IMG/VR virus record: IMGVR_UViG_3300017911_000217
Location: 1-27,698 of that record
Length of the DNA stretch: 27,698 nucleotides
Direction: 5' to 3' (one strand)
From: a virus
Lineage: Duplodnaviria > Caudoviricetes
Below, in pieces: positions 1 through 5,828 of the stretch (the stretch's first letter is position 1; every line of letters starts with the position of its first letter). The translations under genes were made by a program, and so were the position numbers. The notes under the pieces are model-generated. The model had not been told where the DNA came from. It made no database searches and saw only the letters and a list, made by a program, of their open reading frames with translations.

Positions 1-465
1 ATCCACCACGCGGGTAAGGACGCATCGAGGGGCATGAATAGTATGCGCGGCTCAAGCGCGCTGGCTGGTGCGGCTGATACCGTACTGGCGGTGACGAAGA
101 CAGAAGACACCGTCACAATGGGTATGGACAAGCAGAAAGACGCTGATCCAATCGAGCAGATGACCTTCGAGATGGTGAACATCGGCATGATTGGCGACAC
201 ATCTGTGGTCATGAAACAGCACCGAGCCGAACCCGAAAAGAAGCGACCGAGGCTGTCTCCGAGGCAGTCAGATGCGCTTCGCGTACTGCAAAATATGCTC
301 ATTGACACACGCGAAAAGCAGGTGCGGATCACCGCTTGGCAGGACGAACACAAGCGTCAATTTCCAGATTTGTCGCCCGGCAACCGCCGTGATGCGAGAA
401 ATGCCCTGTGTGATAAGCGTGTGATCGTGCAGGCAGATGGGAATGTATGGATTTCAAGGGATTAG
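1..465 (+). CDS. AAA_25/RepA-type SF4 helicase (primase-helicase), C-terminal part, 5'-truncated by the window
   Basis: Frame 1 is open from base 1: IHHAGKDASRGMNSMRGSSALAGAADTVLAV matches the HHxxK...RGSSAL..AAD motifs of RepA/AAA_25 helicases. It is followed by a short C-terminal domain. The track start at 34 is an internal Met. Confidence 0.85.
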   Translation: MHHAGKDASRGMNSMRGSSALAGAADTVLAVTKTEDTVTMGMDKQKDADPIEQMTFEMVNIGMIGDTSVVMKQHRAEPEKKRPRLSPRQSDALRVLQNMLIDTREKQVRITAWQDEHKRQFPDLSPGNRRDARNALCDKRVIVQADGNVWISRD

Positions 466-474
466 GGATGATGG

Positions 475-574
475 ATCACACGAAATCACACGCAATCACA
501 CGATATATCACACGCGGTGATGTGCGTGTGTGTGATGTGATGATCCCTAAGGATCACATCACATTCATCACACG
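475..574. repeat. Iteron-like direct repeats plus inverted repeat (candidate replication origin)
   Basis: ATCACACG at 475, 485, 495, 507 and 567. Inverted arms TGTGATGTGAT (531-541) / ATCACATCACA (553-563) flank TGATCC-CTAA-GGATCA (541-556). The repeats are directly seen; origin function is inferred. Confidence 0.7.
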
Positions 575-592
575 GTCGCATATGAGGGTAAA

Positions 593-1198
593 ATGGTAAG
601 ATCAAAGAGAGTAAAAACTGCTGATAGAGGTGTGACGCAACACATGAGGCGACAAGACCAGCGTCTTAATCAGATACAGTATGAACGCATACAATCTGCA
701 TTGGTGGAACACGACAAGGCGGTTTATCAGTATGAGCAGAAATGGGGCATTGAGAGATTGCAGGAATTGGTGTCGCCAGAACTGCGCGAGAGGTTCTACC
801 AACAGCGCGATAAACTGAACGCGGCAATCGACAGCAATGACGGCAAAGAGGTGCAGAAACAGGTGCAGGTCAGCATCAGAGCGTATGCGGCACTGGAGAA
901 GGCTGCCATTGCGAATGGTGAGCAACCGCTGACAGGTGAGCATTGGGAACATCCAATGCCATCGGGTAAGGTGCTGGCTATTACCAAGACGCACGCCGAA
1001 GCAGGCAAGGTGGCGAGAGACAACCGCGAGATGGTGGTGTATTGTTTAGATGAAATCGCAAACATTCTTGACGCCAAGCAAAGCGAACTCGCCAAGCGCG
1101 TTGAAGAAATCAAATCAATCTTTCCCGGCGCAGAGGTTACCAGCGTCACACCAATCAAAAAGCAAGAGGTATTCATAGATGACGAAATCCCATTCTGA
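593..1198 (+). CDS. Hypothetical phage protein with SSB-like acidic C-terminus (DDEIPF)
   Basis: 201-aa ORF with SD GAGGG at 584-588; ends ...EVFIDDEIPF. Confidence 0.75.
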   Translation: MVRSKRVKTADRGVTQHMRRQDQRLNQIQYERIQSALVEHDKAVYQYEQKWGIERLQELVSPELRERFYQQRDKLNAAIDSNDGKEVQKQVQVSIRAYAALEKAAIANGEQPLTGEHWEHPMPSGKVLAITKTHAEAGKVARDNREMVVYCLDEIANILDAKQSELAKRVEEIKSIFPGAEVTSVTPIKKQEVFIDDEIPF

Positions 1199-1832
1199 GT
1201 TTAAGAGGCCTTGGTCTGTCATGCCGATGCGTGCGTTCAAGGATCGTGAGTTGAAAGAGCGTGAGTTTCGCGTTCTGGGCGCGCTGTGTTGCTATACGAA
1301 CAAGGCTGGTGTGTGTTGGCCTTCGATGGACACACTGTGCGATGTGACAGGCTATGCCGAGCGAAAGAGCATCCACGAAGCAATGAAGCGACTGAAGGCG
1401 AAGAAATACGTTCGGCAGTTAAATCCGAAGGACTATCAAGCAGGCGCGCTTGGCTGGAAAAGCAATCGGTATCAGGTGCTGTGGACAGGAAAAGAGCCAG
1501 TGCCATCGCTTGAGGACATACACATTGCGAAACCGCTACAGCCTATCGTGGATCAGGAAGACGTACCTGTGAAAGAAATAGGGGGTGTGGGGGATGTAGA
1601 ACGTCAATCACATATACTCACACACACATACTTGCACGCGATCCAGCAGGCGACCGGGCAGGTCAAGTTGTTCGACAACGAGGTAGCACACGCGCGCAAG
1701 ATCGCGCTGGCTGAGAAGACTGCTGAGGATGTGCGTGCGGCTACGCTGGCGGCGGCTGATGAAGCCCTGAAGCGCAGGGCAGGCGTACCTTCGCTTTACG
1801 ATGTTGCGGTGTATATGCGCGTTGTACAATAA
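1179..1832 (+). CDS. Helix-turn-helix (HTH_36-like) protein, phage replication-initiator-like
   Basis: SD GAGGT at 1166-1170. The N-terminus DRELKEREFRVLGALCCYTNKAGVCWPSMDTLCDVTG..RKSIHEAMKRLKAKKYV has the L..Y.N..G.CWPS..TL....G pattern of initiator-type winged HTH proteins. Confidence 0.75.
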   Translation: MTKSHSEFKRPWSVMPMRAFKDRELKEREFRVLGALCCYTNKAGVCWPSMDTLCDVTGYAERKSIHEAMKRLKAKKYVRQLNPKDYQAGALGWKSNRYQVLWTGKEPVPSLEDIHIAKPLQPIVDQEDVPVKEIGGVGDVERQSHILTHTYLHAIQQATGQVKLFDNEVAHARKIALAEKTAEDVRAATLAAADEALKRRAGVPSLYDVAVYMRVVQ

Positions 1833-1879
1833 ATGAACGGTGGTTTGCTTTTGTACAGCGCAGGAAAAAGCGATGCACG

Positions 1880-1951
1880 CCCCACAGAAAAGGCGACCCC
1901 TTGCCCCCCGCCCCCGCATCTATCGATATGGGGGTGTCACACAAAATTTTT
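1880..1951. other. C-tract cluster, imperfect hairpin and A4T5 run upstream of the packaging genes
   Basis: C4 (1880-83), C4 (1897-1900), C6 (1904-09) and C5 (1911-15); imperfect hairpin 1911-1934; AAAATTTTT at 1943-1951. Function (pac site or terminus) is inference. Confidence 0.4.
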
Positions 1952-1971
1952 GTACCAACTGGAGATAAGAA

Positions 1972-2256
1972 ATGGATAGATACGAAATATTAGAGGCCGC
2001 GCGTGATGCGGTTACAGATCGCGGTGAGGATTATGGTGATGCACGCGATAATTTTGAGCGCATTGCCGCGTTATGGACGTACCTGCTGGGGGTGGATGTG
2101 CAACCGCATCAGGTTTCTGCTATGATGATTGCGGTGAAACTTGCGCGCCTGTGTAATGAACCGAAGCATTTGGACAGTATGGTTGATATTGCAGGTTATG
2201 CGGCTTTATGGAGTGAGTGTCTTGACGAAGAAACCCCTGACAACCCGGCAGGCTAG
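1972..2256 (+). CDS. DUF6378-like phage protein
   Basis: SD GGAG at 1961. Motifs DRGEDYG...NFERIAALW...MMIAVKLAR...H.DS.VDIAGYAA are characteristic of the family. Confidence 0.85.
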   Translation: MDRYEILEAARDAVTDRGEDYGDARDNFERIAALWTYLLGVDVQPHQVSAMMIAVKLARLCNEPKHLDSMVDIAGYAALWSECLDEETPDNPAG

Positions 2257-2626
2257 GGCTGGTTTAGCCAACCCTGACGCTGACAAGCGCGAGGCGGTCG
2301 TGCAGGAACTTGAGGCTATTGGTGCTGGCGAGATCACTGATGTGATCCGCTGGACTGATATGGGCGAGGTTTTGTTGGTAGGATCGGATCAATTGAATGA
2401 TCGCGCCCGGCGTGCGATTAAGAAGGTGAAGGTAACGCCCAACGCACACGGCAACAGCATCGAGGTAGAGATGCACGACAAGTTATCCGCGTTGCGGCTC
2501 TTGGCGAAGCATCGCGGGTTGCTTGAGCCGAATAGTGACGATCAGCGGCCTAGCATGATTGGGATTAACGTGACCGGGCCGAAGGTCACGACATATGAGG
2601 TTAAGGACGATGGCGACAGTGATTAA
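2222..2626 (+). CDS. terS: Terminase small subunit
   Basis: AIKKVKV...IEVEMHDKLSALRLLAKHRGL resembles the Terminase_2 C-terminal motif, and the gene lies upstream of terL. Start re-called at TTG 2222 (GGAG at 2210-13) instead of track start 2141. Confidence 0.75.
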   Translation: MTKKPLTTRQARAGLANPDADKREAVVQELEAIGAGEITDVIRWTDMGEVLLVGSDQLNDRARRAIKKVKVTPNAHGNSIEVEMHDKLSALRLLAKHRGLLEPNSDDQRPSMIGINVTGPKVTTYEVKDDGDSD

Positions 2627-2822
2627 CTTTCCTAGTCGTCATTTTGTGCGCTTCTTCTCTGATCCTATCATGTGTGATACCTGCGGTCACGACACGCCCG
2701 GCTATGTTTATGAGGGTTCGGGCATGATTGTCTGTCATGTGTGTGAAGATGTCATGTTGCACCTTGAGACTGAGCGCGAGGTGTTTTTTATTTTTGAGGG
2801 TAGCGATGGCGAGAGCGAATAA
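2610..2822 (+). CDS. Small zinc-ribbon protein
   Basis: ATG 2610 with AAGGA upstream; CDTC...CHVC (two CxxC motifs); overlaps both terS and terL. Confidence 0.65.
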   Translation: MATVINFPSRHFVRFFSDPIMCDTCGHDTPGYVYEGSGMIVCHVCEDVMLHLETEREVFFIFEGSDGESE

Positions 2823-4359
2823 TGCAACCGATAGGTCAACACGGCGGCGCAAGCAGAAGGGGCTTGAGGCGTTAGAGGGGTTGAGCCTTGATTTTTCAGA
2901 AAGTCCAACGGTATGGGATTTTTTAAACGACAATTCATTCGTGCGTGGCCTAATGGGGCCAGTTGGTTCAGGCAAGACTTATGCTTCACTTGCGGAAGTG
3001 ATGTTGAGGGCTGTGAAGCAACCGCCTTCACCTGTGGACAACACGCGCTATTCCAGATTTGCAGTGATACGAAATTCCTACCCGGAATTGAGGACGACCA
3101 CGATCAAGACTTGGCAGGAGATATTTCCTGAGAATGTGTGGGGTCAGATGCGCTGGTCGCCACCGATCACCCATCACATCAAGTTGCCGCCCCGGGATGG
3201 GGCGGCTGGCCTTGATTGTGAGGTGATCTTTCTGGCTCTCGATCAGCCGAAGGATGTGCGGAAGTTGCTATCGCTTGAACTGACAGGCGGGTTTATTGAT
3301 GAAGCGCGTGAACTGCCAAAGGCGGTGGTTGATGGCTTGACATCGCGTGTGGGTCGTTATCCGACCAAGCGACACGGTGGTTGCCCTTGGCGCGGTGTGT
3401 GGATGTCCACCAACCCGATGGATAGTGACCATTGGTGGCCTAACCTTGCGGAGAAAAACCCGATCAAGGGCAAGTACCCTTGGAAGTTTTACAAGCAACC
3501 GGGCGGTGTGATCGAGGCGACCAAAGAGCATGACGACACGATCTATGCCGCAAATAAGCATTGGATACAAAATCCGAAGGCGGAGAACATTAATAATCTG
3601 CCGCCGGGCTATTACGAACAGCAGTTGGCAGGCAAGACGCTGGATTGGATTAGTTGCTATGCGGCGGCTAAGTATGTCTATGTGCAGGACGGTAAACCTG
3701 TCTGGCATGAATTTACCGACACGCTGATGTCTGATGACTTGGAGATTGAGAAGGGTATGCCAGTGCATATCGGGCTTGACTTTGGTTTAACGCCTGCGGC
3801 TGTGTTTGGGCAGAAGATGCCGAATGGTCGCTGGCACGTTGTGCATGAATTGGTGGCGTTTGATATGGGGCTTGAACGGTTCTGTCATCACCTGCTTGCG
3901 GATATTGAGACACACTTTCCCGGCAGTGAAGTATTTATCTGGGGTGACCCGGCTGGCGTAAAGCGCGATGAAATCTTCGAGGTGACCGCGTTTGAGCATA
4001 TGCAAACACTTGGTTTGCGCGCTCAACCGACCGCATCGAATGATTTTATGGTGCGGCGCGAGGCTGGTGCTATGCCGATGAATAGGTTGATTGATGGCAA
4101 GCCGGGCTTGCTGGTTGATCGTTCATGTTCAAGGGTGCGTAAATCTTTGGCTGGTGGCTATCACTTTAAGCGTGTCGCTATGGGTGGTGGTCAGGAACGG
4201 TTTAGAGATGCGCCTAATAAAAACGAACATTCGCACGTTGGCGATGCGTATGGCTATCTGATGCTTGGCGGCGGTGAGCATAGGTCGCTGACGCGCAACA
4301 GTGTGGGCCGCCAGCAGTTTAAACAGTTTACTGCGGCCAGTGATTTTAGCGTCTTCTAA
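2806..4359 (+). CDS. terL: Terminase large subunit
   Basis: Walker A GPVGSGKT, Walker B GFIDEARE, coupling motif STNP, nuclease motifs GLDFG and NEHSHVGDA. Start re-called at ATG 2806 (GAGGG upstream). Confidence 0.96.
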   Translation: MARANNATDRSTRRRKQKGLEALEGLSLDFSESPTVWDFLNDNSFVRGLMGPVGSGKTYASLAEVMLRAVKQPPSPVDNTRYSRFAVIRNSYPELRTTTIKTWQEIFPENVWGQMRWSPPITHHIKLPPRDGAAGLDCEVIFLALDQPKDVRKLLSLELTGGFIDEARELPKAVVDGLTSRVGRYPTKRHGGCPWRGVWMSTNPMDSDHWWPNLAEKNPIKGKYPWKFYKQPGGVIEATKEHDDTIYAANKHWIQNPKAENINNLPPGYYEQQLAGKTLDWISCYAAAKYVYVQDGKPVWHEFTDTLMSDDLEIEKGMPVHIGLDFGLTPAAVFGQKMPNGRWHVVHELVAFDMGLERFCHHLLADIETHFPGSEVFIWGDPAGVKRDEIFEVTAFEHMQTLGLRAQPTASNDFMVRREAGAMPMNRLIDGKPGLLVDRSCSRVRKSLAGGYHFKRVAMGGGQERFRDAPNKNEHSHVGDAYGYLMLGGGEHRSLTRNSVGRQQFKQFTAASDFSVF

Positions 4360-4383
4360 AAGAAAGCCCCGCCGAAGCGGGGC
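4358..4383 (-). terminator. Intrinsic terminator oriented on the minus strand
   Basis: Minus strand reads GCCCCGC-TTCG-GCGGGGC-TTTCTTTT: 7-bp GC stem, C(UUCG)G loop and U-tract. On the plus strand the stem is followed by AAG, so it is a poor plus-strand terminator. Confidence 0.85.
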
Positions 4384-4420
4384 AAGTTTAGGGAGGATAA
4401 ATCATGAAAAAACATGATGA
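4358..4420 (-). ncRNA. Putative ~60-nt small RNA with anti-Shine-Dalgarno UCCUCCC motif
   Basis: Lies between the minus-strand promoter (4426-4453) and terminator (4358-4383). Predicted sequence UCAUCAUGUUUUUUCAUGAUUUAUCCUCCCUAAACUUGCCCCGCUUCGGCGGGGCUUUCUUUU forms three hairpins. Confidence 0.65.
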
Positions 4421-4463
4421 ACCTAATTATAGGCCAATGAACGATGCAGTCAATACTAACTAA
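4404..4463 (+). CDS. Possible 19-aa leader peptide MKKHDEPNYRPMNDAVNTN
   Basis: Strong SD GGGAGGA (4391-97) 6 nt before ATG 4404; overlaps the GNAT start. It may only be the mirror image of the sRNA. Confidence 0.25.
   Translation: MKKHDEPNYRPMNDAVNTN
4426..4453 (-). promoter_or_regulatory. sigma70-type promoter, minus strand
   Basis: -35 TTGACT (4453-4448), 16-nt spacer, -10 TATAAT (4431-4426). Confidence 0.7.
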
Positions 4464-4908
4464 CAAGAAAGTCTCGCTTGTGCCGTTTCATTGGGCGCAC
4501 GTTAAGATGATGGAATTGCGGCCATTTGATGACAATCTTGTGAAGACAATGCCACATTTTGATGAACGCTTGCAGTATTACCAGCAAGAGGGCGGCATGA
4601 CTGCGGTATCCAGTGGCAAGATTGCGTGTTGCTTTGGTGCTGTACCCTTGTGGCCGGGCGTGGCGGAGTGCTGGCTGATCACCGCATATCAAGTTGAGCG
4701 CACACCGATAACGCTAACGCGGTCAGCAATGCGGTATTTCGATCAGTGTGCTATCGACATGAAATTGCACCGATTGCAGATCACAGTTGATAGCCGCAAT
4801 GTGCTTGCAATGCGGTGGGCAGTTGGGTTAAAATTCGGAGCAGAAGGCACGTTGCGGCAGTATGGCCACGACAAGTCAGACCACGTTTTATTCGCAAAGG
4901 TTTATTGA
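4444..4908 (+). CDS. GNAT-family acetyltransferase-like phage protein
   Basis: CFGAVPLWPGVAECW...LHRLQITVDSRN..AMRWA..LKF..EGTLRQYG.D..D is a RimJ/RimL-like GNAT pattern. Confidence 0.85.
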   Translation: MQSILTNKKVSLVPFHWAHVKMMELRPFDDNLVKTMPHFDERLQYYQQEGGMTAVSSGKIACCFGAVPLWPGVAECWLITAYQVERTPITLTRSAMRYFDQCAIDMKLHRLQITVDSRNVLAMRWAVGLKFGAEGTLRQYGHDKSDHVLFAKVY

Positions 4909-5129
4909 TGGGCGCACTATTTAAAACACCGAAAGCACCAGCACCTGACCCTGAGTTAAAGGCGGCGCAGGAGCGTCAAGAGGAACGTCTTGAGGCGCAA
5001 GAACGTGAGAAGATGGCCGCTATTTCAGCGCGCCAGCGTGCGCGCCGGATTGGTGGTCAGCGTTTGCTGTTGTCATCGGAGCGTGATGTGCCGCAGTTGG
5101 GTATTCAGCAAGATAAGTTAGGATCGTAA
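4908..5129 (+). CDS. Small virion-associated protein (positional analogue of T7 gp6.7/7.3)
   Basis: ATG 4908 overlaps the GNAT stop (TGATG); MGALFKTPKAPAPDPEL...coiled...KLGS. Track start 4815 is too far upstream. Confidence 0.7.
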   Translation: MGALFKTPKAPAPDPELKAAQERQEERLEAQEREKMAAISARQRARRIGGQRLLLSSERDVPQLGIQQDKLGS

Positions 5130-5130
5130 T

Positions 5131-5367
5131 ATGGGCGGTGCAGTAAAGGCAGTATCTAAGGCTATTGGTGGCGGCAAGAAAGCCGCGCCAAAACCTGCGG
5201 TTCAGGTAGTGGCGGAGCGTGTTGCTCCTAAGAAGGTATCACGCGCGGAGCGTGTGGCGGCATCTCGTATGCGCGCACGACCACGCGGTATGCGTTCACT
5301 GCTTGGTGGTGGTCGCACCGAGGCTGGTACGATTGAAGAAGAACAGCAAACATTGGGGTCAGGCTAA
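5131..5367 (+). CDS. Small basic virion-associated protein (gp7.3-like position)
   Basis: MGGAVKAVSKAIGGGKKAAPKP...RGMRSLL...TLGSG; tightly packed in the operon. Confidence 0.7.
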   Translation: MGGAVKAVSKAIGGGKKAAPKPAVQVVAERVAPKKVSRAERVAASRMRARPRGMRSLLGGGRTEAGTIEEEQQTLGSG

Positions 5368-5405
5368 TGGGTTACGGCAAGAAAAAAGGCGGTAAAAAGA
5401 AATGA
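5367..5405 (+). CDS. 12-aa Lys/Gly micropeptide MGYGKKKGGKKK
   Basis: Start overlaps the upstream stop (TAATG) and the stop overlaps the next start (ATGA). Absent from the ORF track. Confidence 0.5.
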   Translation: MGYGKKKGGKKK

Positions 5406-5563
5406 GCAAGAAAAAAGAAGTGTGGGATAAGAAGCGTCCCAAGTCTATTGGCAAGCCAAAGTCTTTAACGTCAGCGCAGAAGCGCAGCGCAATGCGTGCC
5501 GCCAAGAAGGCTGGTCGCCCATATCCAAACCTTATTGATAATATGAGAGCCGCGCGTGCCTAA
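5402..5563 (+). CDS. 53-aa basic phage protein
   Basis: MSKKKEVWDKKRPKSIGKPKSLTSAQKRSAMRAAKKAGRPYPNLIDNMRAARA, translated by hand; fills the gap with overlapping ends. Confidence 0.75.
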   Translation: MSKKKEVWDKKRPKSIGKPKSLTSAQKRSAMRAAKKAGRPYPNLIDNMRAARA

Positions 5564-5828
5564 GAAAGAGTACCAAAACCCGAAGGGTGGGCTGAACCAA
5601 AAGGGGCGTGATTATTACAAGCGCACCGAAGGCTCGAACCTAAAACGGCCAGTGCCGAAGGGTACAAACCCGCGCCGCGTAAAATTCGCCGCGCGCTTTT
5701 CTGGCATGAAAGGCCCGGAGAAAAAGCCTGATGGCACACCCACACGCTTGGGCTTGGCACTAAAAAGGTGGGGTTTCCGATCAAAAGAAAGCGCGCGCAA
5801 CTTTGCGGATAGGAACAAAAAATCATGA
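5556..5828 (+). CDS. DUF6321-like basic phage protein
   Basis: GTG start; NPKGGLNQKGR..Y....GSNLKRPV...RR..F.AR..GM...TR..LALKRWG. Confidence 0.75.
   Translation: MPKKEYQNPKGGLNQKGRDYYKRTEGSNLKRPVPKGTNPRRVKFAARFSGMKGPEKKPDGTPTRLGLALKRWGFRSKESARNFADRNKKS

Noticed and set aside
475-574. CRISPR-like or microsatellite interpretation of the ATCACACG repeats
   Set aside because: Units are 8 bp with 2-4 bp gaps; there are no ~30-bp repeats, unique spacers or cas genes.
2806-4359. Intein or intron in terL
   Set aside because: Length and motif spacing are ordinary and there are no splice-junction motifs.
4366-4383. Hairpin as the plus-strand terminator of terL
   Set aside because: The U-tract and UUCG loop are on the minus strand. 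Plus-strand termination would be weak, though an RNA-stability role is not excluded.
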